64,000 bases of DNA from Laetmonice hystrix (lineage: Eukaryota). The notes beneath the pieces are model-generated. The model was given only the letters and a program-made list of their open reading frames with translations. It did not search any database and had not been told where the DNA came from. Below, piece by piece: positions 13,665 through 27,213 of this stretch; the first letter of the stretch is position 1; each line of letters begins with the position of its first letter. The position numbers were made by a program, and so were the translations under genes. The stretch is taken from NCBI GenBank assembly GCA_965235115.1, contig OZ249450.1, positions 18,290,001 to 18,354,000 of the forward strand. The letters run 5' to 3'.

Positions 13665-15641
13665 GTTTCTAGATGTCCACCGGCTCACCGGTCGCTACAG
13701 GTATCTCATCAGTCCCCTGGCCAAGACCACCTACATTAGATCACTGATGGTCAATCAAGATGTGTAACCATAGCAATAGTCACCCGGATGTCAATCACGA
13801 GTGGTCACAAACTCTCCGAACGCGCCCAAGCCGTCATTAATCCCGGCCTCAGGTTGCCTGCCGAAGACACTGAACCGCTGTACAATCACTCTACCACTAC
13901 AACCAGAAAAAATACCGATGTCAAAACACATGATAAATGTATACAAACCTATGTAATGACGTACGAAGCTAGCTGGAGTTCTCTCTCTGTCCGCGGGAGA
14001 CACGAGAAGACCTACTCCTACCCCTACTCACCAATCCCCCATAAAACTCCAGAAGAACCACCCCATACCAGCCCTGATGTAAATCCTCACCACTCGACAT
14101 GGCCTGAAGCCATACATCCACATTGCCTCCATCGTCTTCCACTGACGACTCTACTCTAAATATTGCCCTTTCCCTCTCCAGAACACCCCCAATGAAATTG
14201 CGTTCATTAACCCCATTGTGTAACAATCAGAAACACTTAGAAAAGTTCCGTGAAGAGTTAGAAGCCTAATGAGAGATGTAGCCGAGTTCTAATGACACGG
14301 TGCCGCGGGGTGTATTTTTTTTTATCTTAATGTCTCAGACGGCTGAGCGTGCAGAAAGCTCTCCTCTCTGGTCCTTACCCGACCCGCGCCATCGATCGCC
14401 TCTTAGCTACGGCTGCTCTGATCTCGACAATGGCCTCTCCAACACAAAAGCCTTCCTGTGTAGGGCTCAAAGACCCACTAGGGTCAGCCTCCCTACAGAT
14501 ATTTTATAGCCATTGATTACCTGCAGACAAGCACCATCAATTCGACGCAAGAGTCCAGCATGAGAGGGAGGGGGTTGGGAAGGGCGGCTTCCAACTAGTT
14601 GGCCGGAAAAAAAAGACGGAGAAGGAGGGGGGATTCCAATTGCTGCCATGGCTCCTGACGGCCATCTCATTACTTGTGGAGAAATAAGACGTAATTGTGC
14701 CGAATGATTAATTAATCTCTAGCATGCGATTCATCGATGGCAGCACCGGGCTGTTACTTCACGGCTGCTGCGCGCTCGACTCTAATGGACACCTTGTGTT
14801 TAATCAATGTGCAGCCATGTTGGAATAAACTGAGACTGGAGGTCAGGGAGGATGTTGGTGGCGTTGTGGACAGGGCTTAAAATAAACTCAACGGATTCAA
14901 ATACATTCAATGGATCCAACCCTCTCCTGTACCCTCACCCCCACCCCCTGCTGAGATCATCATTTCCGATGTTGAATGGGAACGCGCTGGTCCTCCGGGA
15001 TTTAGGATTAGGCTGTCGGAGTCACTGTTGCTGAAACTAGTTTTACCAAATGGCCCATCCTCTGTTGACCTTGACACCGTCTTGTTGAAACAACGTGCCT
15101 CTGTAGTAATGACCTGGTGACACTCTTCAATACTGACACAACGAATCTCTGCTCTGAGCAGCACGGTAAAAATCTGCTCAGGTCTAGAATGAACAACAAA
15201 TTCATTACATTTCTTTTGCCCAGCACTGCTAGTAATCTTTCTTTTTACGATGCTGATATATCTCAGCGACTCGATTAGAGTTTTCTCCCAGAAACTATTC
15301 TTGACCGTATCCACATGATACGAGGAAATTTGATTCAGGCACCATTCCCCCTAGTATTGCGATATTCAAACATTTGCAGCTTTTGGAATGACCCCCCCCC
15401 CCCCCCCCCAACAATTCATTTCCTTTCTGTGGCGTCTCTGCTACCAAATTAAGAGAAACTTTGCCGGTGTTTTATTTTTTTCTCCCTTCTTTAAAAGAAA
15501 GACATCACCTGGCAACCGTTCTTGACCTTTCCTTCGGGTCAGACTGACAGATAATAATATCACAGCCAGATGTGTGACTATACGATGTTGGTGGCCAACA
15601 CCAACCCCTCCTCCTCCACCTCCCACCCCCGGGTAGTGTAA

Positions 15642-15722
15642 CAGCGCCACCTGTCGTGCCGGTCTCACCCCGTACCATGGAGTCAATCTGTAATGAATCG
15701 GCTAATACCCGCCAGGGGGCCG
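15642..15722. promoter_or_regulatory. Divergent pair of CTCF-like motifs
   Basis: Minus-strand CACGACAGGTGGCGCTG within 15642-15658 and plus-strand CCGCCAGGGGGC at 15709-15720. Confidence 0.4.
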
Positions 15723-17024
15723 ACAGCCATCCGGGACCTGGGGCAGTCGGTGGGTCTGTGGCCCACGGCAAGGCCCACATCATCTGTATCTGACCACGAC
15801 CGCCTTCACGTCAATGCCATACATTCTACCCGTTCAACTCAAACCATATCGTATCGCCTTTCTCTCTGCTGCTACATCAACGTTACAAACTTCTGGGCAC
15901 AAACAGATAGAAAAAGGAGAAAAAGAAATGGGAAAAGAAAAAAAAAACAGTTTATGACACGATAAATGAGACACATGCGATTGGAAATCTTTTTATCGAT
16001 TTTGTGTCCCCATCTCGTCACCTAAAGTGCTAAAAGTGTTGAAGCACACGAAGGTGTAGTCATCGATTTTGATAACTCAATGTGGTTTCACTGAAGTTGT
16101 CCGATACAGGTGACCTTTAGAAAATGTCTCCCAGGTGGCTGTGAAATGTTTGAGAGGAAAACATACGAGACAGACAGTACAATGACGTGGGTGGGCCGGT
16201 GATATGGTGAGAGACTACAGCTAACGAAAAGCTGATGCCACTACACAAATTATCCACCAGTGTTCTCTTTTTAGACCACCACCTGGACACAGACAAGCAC
16301 TAATTCCAGTTCGTTTGATTGCCTGTTTATTTCCCGTGTGTATCTGCATTTAAAATGGGCCACCGGGCTAATGAAGCTATTTGATTGGCTGATGAGGTTA
16401 ACTAATCCACCAATCAAGTAGCTCAATAAATCTTTTCACGACAGCTACCAGTTTGTGAAGCATACTTAGTTGGTCGCTTCGTCTCCATACCAACCAGTAT
16501 CTTGTCTGTTTTATCACTACGCGTTCAATTCAACCAACGGTGACGGGAAATTCTCTCCGAAAATGAACAGACAAGAAAATAACAATTCAACCTTCCTTGC
16601 ATTGGAAAGGTACCGCGGCAAATGAAATAAGACTCCTTCAGTTTTGAAATAGAGCGTCTGTTACCAAGATTAAATTCCTGCAATAGTGATCCCACTGTTA
16701 ACCGGCCCCGGTTGTGTTGTCGGTTGTTATCTTAGCGCTGTTTCTAGTCCGAGTCTCCATAACAGCAATCAATTCCACGAACAGCAAACGGACCCCTTTT
16801 CTATCCACTCTTGCACATGTCTTCTTTAAAGTGATATTATCAAACTGCAATTTATATGTTAATTTTCCGTTTCCTTGTCGCAGAAGGCCAAGAAATCCAA
16901 CATGCAATGGTCTTAGTTTATCACACCAAGCCGACTAAATGAGGACTCCATGAAACAATCAGCATAATCTGACCGACCAGGGGATCACCCTTCATCAAAC
17001 TCAGAGCTGCCCCTAAAGGCAATT

Positions 17025-17116
17025 CCCGCCGCACACTGGCCGAAATCGACACCGACCAGGCCCGACTACCCGTTCCGCCAGATCGCGTCGCCGTCGGGTC
17101 GGGGTCGGTCGATTTT
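17025..17116. mobile_element. Short palindromic relic related to the 13.2-kb foldback family
   Basis: Start cccgccgcacactggccga resembles the 13235 terminus; aaatcgac..ccgac / gtcgg..gtcgattt inverted arms. Confidence 0.45.
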
Positions 17117-20100
17117 AACAGGGGTGCCTACTCGGAAGGTAACGGTTTCAGTCAACATCTAAAAACATCTTAATTCCAGAGGTAGTTTGCCCACATACCA
17201 GACAGACTTTTAGCACCGACCCTACCGCCCTAGCTTATATAATTATTCATAAATATGTATTGCGTTCACTGGCTTAATCAATAAAACAGGCGACAATTTA
17301 CAGCTATGCCCGGCCCCGCCCAAACTGACGGAACGCCTCGGCTTTAAGGCCTCGCGTGGATAGATCTACAACAGTTCATTAGTTTCCAACCATTACGACT
17401 GGCAACCAATCTCGGTATAAATCAACCAAATTATTCCGCTAAATCATCCCAAGCGACATTAACGGCTCGCGCCCTGCCTCCAAGGTCACTTTGGAACGCC
17501 GACTGTGGGGGGTCGGTACCAATCTGCATACGATCACCGCTCATTTGCATATAAATTACAACATGCTTTTTGTTCTTGCAACATGCCAGAAGATGTGGAC
17601 TTTGGTGTTAATTGTCGGACACTTACGTGTGGCGGCTGTGAGTTGTTTTCATGAAGATGTATAGAACCTCATCAGTTCATACAACCTCTGTACTGCAATT
17701 ACAATCCACAGGGGCTAGTTTGTTCAGGAAACAAATTATTATATATCCTCGACAGCCCCAAAAAATAATATTTCCATAATTGGAATTCTCTCCTGATAAT
17801 TCAAATGTTTTTTTTCTCAGTTTGGTTAGTGTTCCTTAATGATTTAGTGAGACCCAAGTGTTAGTACAGCACCTACCGCTTACATATACATAAGTTATTG
17901 ACAGAAACTAGATGAAACAATTATTCAGGATCATAATCTAAGTGAAGCTGCACAAGTAACGCACCAAATAGAAATGCGTAACCGAAAAAAAACCCAAGCT
18001 GTACCACAGGTCTCCTTATCAATTAGCCATAATAAAAACTGACAAATACAATAAATCCGTTAAAGCGTGGGAATCCATCGCTCCCTGGGAGAAACCTCAC
18101 AATTCCTCCAGCACTTAAAAGCCAGGACGCTGGAGGAGAAAAACACACGGCCGTCCAATATCCATCCACGGTCTGACCTCAAGTCCCAGCCCTTTTTTCC
18201 TCGCCCTCTTTCTCTCTCTCTCGGAATCTTATCAGTTTTAACACACATCCCTACTTATCACCAAGATGAATTGCCTGACCCACGATGGCATTAAAAACCA
18301 GGGCCAACTCCTCGGTCCCGACTGCTTCCATTGTTAATGGGTTTTAAGGCGGTAAAAACATCTCAGTTGGCTAGGATTACACTTTAAGAAGTTAGAGAGA
18401 ACTCAGTCCCTTCGCCCCCGTGCCAACCACTGGGCCATGGTTGTTATCGAGATCGGCGTCTTGCCCATATCATAAAAAAAACTAAAATAATCACAGATAA
18501 GTTGATTTGTAGCTGGTACTGCGCTGAGAGTTGGAAAAACAGAACATCTGTCACGACCCGCAATGGGATATAAAAGGAATCGTTCAATTATTATCCGATC
18601 AATACAACTTCTCTCACATTAACATCCAAGATTACAAAATCGAGGAATTGAAACTGCCTTTTCTTTCTTTCATTGAGAGAGAACCTGAAACAGCACTTTC
18701 ATTCTTCCATTGCAAGAGAGGACTAGCAACTGTGATTTCTCTGTTTCATTACAAGAGCAGACTTTCAACTCCTATTTCTCTCTTGCACTGACTAAACCAA
18801 AATACAGAGAGGGAAGGAAGAAATTCTGATAACGCAAGAGCAGACCTACCCAACACCAAATGAAATTCACAGACGTACTGACTGAAAACTACTCGGTGGC
18901 TTCAGATGTCAAGACAGCAATTTTCTCAGCGCGCTTGTGACGGGCCGAGGTTAAATATGTGTCTCTTCACAATCCATCCCGAGCCTCCCTGAGGGCCAAT
19001 CGTACGTGCTCCTCTTACCCCCTCCCCCTGCTTATCCCACACCTCCCCCTTAATCCCCAGCCTTCCAACCCCTCTCTGCCTGGTGGTCCCCAACACGAGA
19101 TCTCTTTACTCGCGAGAGGCGGCGTGGATCGCTTGTCAGACCACGCGGGTGTGTCTCCGTCAACAAGCCTCGGTCTGATAGCGAGGCTCGGCCCGCGTGG
19201 ACATCCCTGATAACGCCATGTTTGGAGTAACACATCCAGGGGATCTGGAGCAGGGCAGGTTATCTCACCCTCTACCTACCCTCCTCTCCCGCCCTTCTTG
19301 TATTCTTATAGTATCTCTATCCGATAAATAATGGTCCGTAATGCCTGTAAGATGGCCACTTTCACCTCAATGTGATAACACAACAAAAGCAGTTTCCACC
19401 CAGCCATCAGCAACGAGCAGCCACCAGACGCCCTGAACTAACAACAATACATTCTGATCATTAAAACGCGTAGAAACTGGATCTAGCATTAGTCATGGCA
19501 CAGTTGGTTTCCGGCAGGATTGAATTAACCGCTCTGGAGATTTGAATTAGAATTAACAACAGCTTGAGACTGAAACAATCTTGCTGATGGAAACATCTTC
19601 TCTTTGTTCAACTCCGTTCATCCAATAAAGCTGCCATCTCTGTATCGTGAACACATTTTACATGCATGTTCACGAGAACCTCCAATAACACTGCAATATG
19701 TAAATAACCTTAGATATGCCCCTGTCGATTTACATATTAACCCTTAGGCCGATCTACATATATTCTTACAAGGCAGGGGGCCTTCATTAATAAGTAATAA
19801 TAACGACACTGAATGTAATCAGTGGGATTAGGTAACACTGGCTTCAGCGAAAGGAAATTAGCATTTAGATGGCCAAGACGAGGCAATGAGCCTCAAGATT
19901 CACGAGATGTTGGCGTTATTAATCAAAATACAGCAAATATGTTTCAGATTCAATAATTCCTAGTGCTACACCAGAAATTGGTCCACCCCGGGTTTCCACT
20001 TGAAGCTGTTAAAAATATAATCTCTTTTTCTGCTTAAGTGAGCTTTAAGTGCCTTGTTATTTTTTTAAGGTGATGATAACATTGGTTGCACCTGCTGAAC

Positions 20101-23100
20101 ACAAACATCCAAGCTGTAGGCTTTAATTAAGTTAATGTGTTCTGACTGTGACTGAGTGTGGAGTGATGGAATACGCGCATAAAAAATCAACTCTACAGAA
20201 ACAGTGGCAACAGGAGCTACCATAGAATAAGACGGTCGTGAGAAGTATATAAAATAACACCCCAGAACAATAAATCGGATGGTTTAACGAGAACTAGAAT
20301 GTTATGACTGGGAAGGAAGTATATCCCCGTTATGTCCCCTGGTCAGTATTATCCAGTCTGAAAATCCATGCCTCAAATATTTGCTTTCCAAATAACAAAG
20401 TACATGCTTATTGTGTTTCAGCGAACATTATGACTTAATGCTATTACACAATCGTATTCACCTTCACCTCTGATTCTTTGTTAGATCATAATTAGCAGTG
20501 CACTCGTGAACCAATCTTAACAACTCGTACAAAGAGATAAATAGAACTAAAAAATGACGTGTGATTAGGAACAGGGGGTTGACTTACGTCAGCAATGACG
20601 TAATACGACGCGTGCCTCCAAACTAAATGATTTACGTCAACAATGACGCTGACGTATTTCTAGAAGGGCAAGGGTAATCAACATTATCTGATTAAATTGT
20701 TTTACCAAAACCCCTTTGACATGTACAATGTCAATGCATGTTTTCTGGCGCTGCAGGCATTTGTCCTTGAAGTATATTTGAAACCTTGGTATTTCACTCC
20801 ATCTCAGATTTTACTTAGAACTCTAAATGTCTCCATCTCCATTAAAAAGTCACTCCCAAACTGGAAACAAGACCATGTAAGCCAAGACCCACTTAATCAA
20901 GGAAAAGGCCAAAGTCTGGCTCTCTTGGCGGTGGCTGGGAGGTTGAAACGGTGCAGAGCAGCTCCCGCTGTCTCACAAATCCACTTGGCAGTCAAGTGTC
21001 TACCACCCTGTAGCATGTCCCAGAGATAAACCTTTTAAAATCTTGTATTACACAACTTCTGCCAGTGTAACTTACTCGGTAAAATGATACCCATGACATA
21101 TTTCAGCGGCAGGAACAACATCACAAAATGAATCCAAAGCTCTATTTTTTTTGTATGTGTACTACAACAGCAGAACATGAAGCCTTGCCATGATTCTCCC
21201 ATGCTTGAGGAACCAAGTCGGGGAATGGCTCCAGGTTGATACGTTCGGCTGTGGTTGAACAGCGGTTGGACAAAACTCTTTAAGACGGTACAACTCGGAG
21301 AATGGCCTCACAAACTGCCTGGTGGACGGTCGGAATACAGATATTGGGCCGTCCACAGGGGCAGGCATTCAGCAGGCAGTCCTGCAACGGTCTGGTTGCC
21401 ATCAGAGCAGCCACTATTCAGGGACAAAACCCCACACGTCCAGGACCACAAAGAGAAACCTCATCTACTAAGTGAGTGCTTCTCCTCTCCTCTTCCTCAC
21501 CGTAATCTACTCTTGGCTCTATTCCTCGCCGAACATAGAAGACAACTTCAAACAACCTCTCTCAAGAAATAACCTCTTAGGAGTTTCTCCTAAGATATGG
21601 CCGTTGAAGACCTGATGCAAACTTAAGCTCTCTACCTGTGAATGTTGGGCACTGACTCAGGTGGCGACGGTTAGGGAGGTGTTAAACTCGGCACATGTTG
21701 CCGGAAAAATCAAACACAACGAAATGATCAACCTTGAGAGAACTTGTTCACAGAGAAAGGAAAACTAAGCCCCTTACGTACAAGTACTTCACATCAAATG
21801 GGACATCTGGTCTATATAAGCGCAAGGGGAAATTCAGTATGCAAGAAAAACTACGATTTTAGGCAACACATTTTTAGGGAACATGTACCTATGTACGCAT
21901 TAATTAGATTGCTTAACCAAGTGGATGTCAACCTAAAGGTCGGAACTTGTAAAAATGACAGACTTCCGGGTATTGTTATCGGAATTTATACGATCTTCAC
22001 CTTCACACATGAACCTTCTCACTTCGCTAATATGGACAGTAGAACATCAATGAAAAATATATTTCTCTTTTATACTCAACCAGACTCTAAATCTCACCTT
22101 ACCACCTGAAATAATCCGGCTAATTATAGCGACATTCTCGCCAGAGGGCAGCCCGAACGCTGTGGTGAAACTGCGTCATATTCTGACCTCGGCAATATCC
22201 CGTCTACAGTCTCGACTTCAGTGTGATTACAAAACGGCACGTCATTCATCTTACCAAGACTAAACGATGTGAGGCACACATTGAAAACCACCAGGAGCGT
22301 GACAAACCAAACTCAAACCCACTCCACTTTGCTCCATTCACGCCAACAAAGGCCTTTAAATCCACTAACCATTTACATAATGGAACATTCATTCCTCAAG
22401 ATTGATTACATTTCTGAATCTTCTACCCACCCCCCAACTCTGCTGACAGAATGCTAGTGTCTCATTGTGAAACCTGCAGCTACGATCTGCGACACGCTTG
22501 CCACCCTTCCATACGTTCTACAGCTCCAGTCTCATCTATTGATTTGTTCAATTCTTCCACCTGATTTGTTCCTGACGGCCTCAAACCTTTGCTGGCGATG
22601 GAAAGTTAATGGTTTCGTCGCTTTAATTAACCAGCTGACCTAGCAACGTGTGGAACTGCGAGTGGTCGTGTTTACTGCGGACTAAAAATGGCCAAACGTG
22701 GAAGACAAATCCCCAAGTTCACAAATAGGATGGACGAGATGTCATCTGGGAATAGGATTCTTCCAACGGTTCCTCCGGCTATGATGGAAGAAACATGTCA
22801 TAACGCAGCGAAAACGATCAATGATAGAGCCCCCTGGAGGCGCCCGCTAGAACTAGAGGTCAATAAAGGTCTTGGTCAGGATTTGCCATGATTGGTCGAT
22901 CTATATTCTTGCAGGAAAGGTCACCGTCTGAGATCAACAGAGCAGTTTGGACTTGCAGAAAGTTTCACATCCATTTTTGTTCCAATTCTTTGGAACTCAT
23001 CCTTCCAATCTGATTTCTGGAAAAAGTATTCATTTTTTTACTTTCTCGGTTAAATATGCATCCAAGTAAATAGATCTGCTTTCGTAAGTGTGATTCAACT

Positions 23101-25496
23101 AAATAACCATGGGGACAATAGGTCCATTGTCCAGCTTTTCCAGTTTCGACTTGTTTTCTCCGTGATGATGGCCTCAGTTTGAGACACGGCATAAAACGAC
23201 GTACTCTCACTCATTCAGAGAGGTAACGGATTTTGCTATTTGTTGTCAGAACAAATCCCGAAACTCATGCTTCCAATTAAAGTTTCGCTTGAAACCATCA
23301 CGGTTCTTGGAAGACTGCAATCTCAGCAATGACTTCAGTGATGGCGTCTCTACCAAAAAGTCAAATTTCATCTTCTCACGAATCAACTGCAGTCGGTTGC
23401 CTTGACATCCTTCGCAATTGGTCTCAGTTGCTGCAAATGTCTCCTTTGTCTGCCCAACGTTTTCAACAGGCTGGCGTATAGAAACAGCAATAGTAGCCTA
23501 GTATATCGGCAATGCTAACACCCTCTTACTTTATCACAGACCATAACAGCACAGTCCCTACATGGCCACACCCCAGCGGGGTAAAAAGATGACGCAATCA
23601 ATTCTGGCATTGCTAACAGCCAATCATCATAGCCTAATGTTCTCTCGATCCATACGGCTGGCCTCATTCCAAAGTCGCCATCGATTTTTTTTCTCTCCTC
23701 AAGGAGGACGGGGTGTTTTCAGGGCAGTCGCCTCAGCTGCCGCGGGGCCGACTCCCTTGGCGGTGATGGCAGATTGTGATTATTAGTGCGTGCTTTGGCC
23801 ACCAGGGGCACACAAGTGAATCTAGTGTGTGCCGATTACAAAGGGCACCATATATTACAAATGGTCGCTGTAGGCCACAGTGGACACCCCCCCCCCCCCC
23901 CTCCATCAAAAAATCCCCTACTAGACTGGATTTCTAGCATCCACTTAACAAAGCTAGACTTCAATGCCATATTTTTCTGTGACAGATGCAATCCAGCAAA
24001 TGTGCTGTTCAAAGATAACAGCCTGTATGTCTCCATACTAAAACAATCACCGCTGTCCTGCTTCAAAGCATATGATATATGTTATAACGCCTACCATCTC
24101 TGCCTTCATTCGTATCAACCCCCCTAGTCAGCAATCAACATTATCTGACAGCGACAAACAGGTCAGACGTCATTTTTTGCCAGCAGACAATATTGAATAT
24201 AGCAAGCTGAAGATCACGACATACTTTGAACTTGTCAAGTCGCCTCGTCTAACCACATGTCCTCGTCTGACATATTCCATGAACACGGCCTCGCACAAAG
24301 CGGACTATCAGAGTCACAATCTAATAGAACATCATCAAACAGAATAAAACAACGTAGGGATGATAGAAATTCCTATGTCTATCATAATTAAATCTCAGAC
24401 TTATACCTAACATTTACTGGAGGGAGTGTTTTGTATGCGTGCTTTGAACATAAAACCCCCCGAGGCCTTCATATAGCACAGACGGCTCGCTTGTTCAGAT
24501 GTTCTGTCAGATAACGTTTTCTTACACAGAGACGCGTAACATGACAGGAGCCTTCCATCCATTGTTTGATCTTCAACATTTTACCGTTTTATAGTGGCCG
24601 ACAAAATCCTACTACATAGTGATTTTCAATGTGTAGTTTTTTAAAAATAAAAGAAATCCATTCCTTGTGCTTGGTTTTCCTTTTAAAAATCATACTGCTC
24701 AGAGAATATTTCTTGGGTGTTGAAACATTCCGCTCTCCTGTGTACAACGATTTCTAACTGCCAGATCCGATTCGAGTCCTGCTCTTACAAAAAGGTGCTA
24801 GCCACCGCATACAGTGTCTTGTTTTTGCAGGTCGCCTGAGGCCTGCCTGCCTGACAGTAGCCGTGGGATAACCAAGGTCTACACATGCCCGGCCATTCTC
24901 CAGCGGTGTCGGGGGCTAATTTACCACCTCACACGGCAAGTCCATGGCCATCACAAAACTCCCAACACCACCATCACGGCAAAACGCCACGTGACTTGCT
25001 GCCATATCCCGTCATGCCCCGTGGGAACTTTCGCCCCCTTGTGTCGGAGCCATCTGTCAAACCACCCGCCTCAGTGATCACAGATTCTACCCAGAATCCT
25101 TGGCGGGATCTGGCATCGGGTCGGGGCCGACTTTCCGGGCCAGGAGCTCGTGTCATGCCGAATATGGAAAACCTCCCGTCATCCTTCTCCTTTTATGTGC
25201 ATCTTGAACTGGTAACTTAAAAGTCATGACTAAAGTGGGAGAAACGTGCTTTTTTCAGGTCCATAATCGACTATCACTGCTTCTATAGGGCTGCAGTCCT
25301 GTTTATCTTCAAACATACAGGATGTAAATAATTATCTTTTAGAAAAACTAGGAGAAATTGATCTGAACAGGTCAATTTGCAACTCAGTTGTTCAAATAGC
25401 AATACCAGTTTTTCAAACCGCAAGAAACCTTCAGAAAGGACCCGAGGAACCAAACAAGAGGGCAACATTCAAGTCAGGTCTTCCATCTTGGTCTTG

Positions 25497-25538
25497 GAGG
25501 AGGAGGAGGAGGAGGAGGAGGAGGAGGAGGAGGAGGAG
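25497..25538 (+). repeat. (GAG)14 microsatellite
   Basis: Seen directly; source of the poly-E in the 25377..25691 ORF. Confidence 0.95.
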
Positions 25539-26327
25539 GATAAAATATGCGAGTTTAGACTCTCAATCGGCAGGCCCTGCTCCCCCCCCCCCCGAAACCC
25601 CCGCCCGAGAGCCGTGGTATTCCCCCCGGAGAGATTATACCCCCTAGCAGATAATCAGGTTAATCTCCCATTGGATGACTGGTCAGATTAGCGGCCCGTT
25701 GGATTCCCAGTGTTGACATACCGTCTGTTAATCCCACCAGATTAGGCATTCTCTGACATTCGACCCCACCAAGCCGACAGCGCCAGTCGCCCTCTCCTTT
25801 GAAACGACCTCATCAAAGAAAACAAACGCAGCTCAAATTGTTTCCTGTATACAGCTCTTCCTTTTAGTCTTTTGTTGCCACTGTTTCTATGGGCCAGAAA
25901 TAATCGGCACAATTGAGGATGAATCGACCTGACTACAGATGCATCCTTCCCACGCAGTGCCTACGGAATCAGTCGCCAATATAAAATCAATGAACAAATC
26001 TGAAAATGTTTTGTTCCTTCCGATCTAAGTCCCATCCGTCTCTTTAGTTCATCCATCAGTCGCCCGATACCAGACATAGTTGTCTGGTATCGTGGAGGGA
26101 ATCCACCCAATCCACTATCATTACAAGTCTGTATCGACTATCGGCTTCCTGCCCATGTTGACGGGCGATCCTAGCACGATCCTGGGATAGACTCCCATGT
26201 TGTAGCTACATTATCCGATCCCCTCGGGATTCCTCGTATAACAACCCCCCGCCGCTGACCTCGACACCATACGTAAAGGATTACACCACCCGCCGCCAAT
26301 TACCTTTCTCTATATCCGTCTGAACTT

Positions 26328-26436
26328 CCACCTTCCAGGGTGCTTCCCACAACATATTCTGACCATAGCCATGGATTGACTCCCACCTCCCAGGGTGCTT
26401 CCCACAACACATTCTCATCATAGCCATAGATTGGCA
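26328..26436 (+). repeat. ~55-bp tandem duplication
   Basis: ccacc..cagggtgcttcccacaaca..ttct..catagccat.gatt occurs twice (26328 and 26383). Confidence 0.85.
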
Positions 26437-26977
26437 TCATAGTTTCATGGAATACTACTAGCTGTGCCATGGGGTTCCTGGGATGTCAGATATCTTTCGG
26501 TCGTGGTGTAATACAGCCGTGACTAATTCTGCTGTGGATTTATTTTCACTGATTCAGTGATATCCCAGAGAGAACGAATAAACATTTATGAGAGTATACA
26601 ATGTCTATAAGCCAAACCTGGCTTAACGTAAGCCTCCAACTGAGTATAGAACGGAGCCTGTATATCCACTCCGACAAGGAACAGCCAGTTTGTCCTGCGG
26701 TATGTATATGCTTGCTTCAGTTTCACAACCTTTTGCGGCAATAACAACACTGCCATACAGTAGGAAGACAATATTGTTATATCACGACCTGAAACTTGTG
26801 TTGTGCGTTTACTGGGGTAATACCAGAAGGGCGACCCTAATCTTAGCAGGCGAGGATTAGGGGTGATTAAGGAAGGGGGTGTCATCCGGAGAACCGCATG
26901 AATTAATAATAGACCTCAGCCATGCCTGAGACAAAAAACAGACCTCTCGACAGTGGCTGGGTGATCTAAGTGGTTTT

Positions 26978-27042
26978 GTAAGTTACCTGCTACTAGGTCG
27001 GTGGTTTTCACGGGTATTCCAGTTGCCTACAGCAGTAAAACT
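26978..27042 (+). mobile_element. SINE central-domain fragment
   Basis: ggtcggtggttttc-acgggtattccagttgcc..taaaact resembles the recalled invertebrate SINE core ggtcggtggttttctccgggtactccggtttcc..taaaact; not database-checked. Confidence 0.5.
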
Positions 27043-27159
27043 AATATAAGCCTAGATCCTACATAGGCGCGCTAACCCCCTCCCCCTCCAAAAAAACCCC
27101 CCAACCCCAATATAAATCTAAAATGTAATTGGAAGATACAAGATACTATACTTTATAAG

Positions 27160-27213
27160 ATACTATATCAAGTCTATGAAATAATCCAGGAGATCCGGTG
27201 GAGAGACCAGAAG
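27160..27213 (+). CDS. Candidate 54-nt exon (ILYQVYEIIQEIRWRDQK)
   Basis: Strong donor aag|gtaagt, weak acceptor ctttataag, open in phase 0-0. Confidence 0.15.

Noticed and set aside
21200-21450. Non-LTR retrotransposon C-terminal Cys motif (WG..C..G.QT..EC) or BEL integrase tail on the minus strand
   Set aside because: Needs frameshifts or stops and lacks the conserved His; too weak without an HMM search.
24885-25220. 111-aa His/Pro-rich ORF after a strong acceptor
   Set aside because: No recognisable domain, upstream stops in frame, and overlapping ORFs of similar length occur by chance in GC-rich patches.
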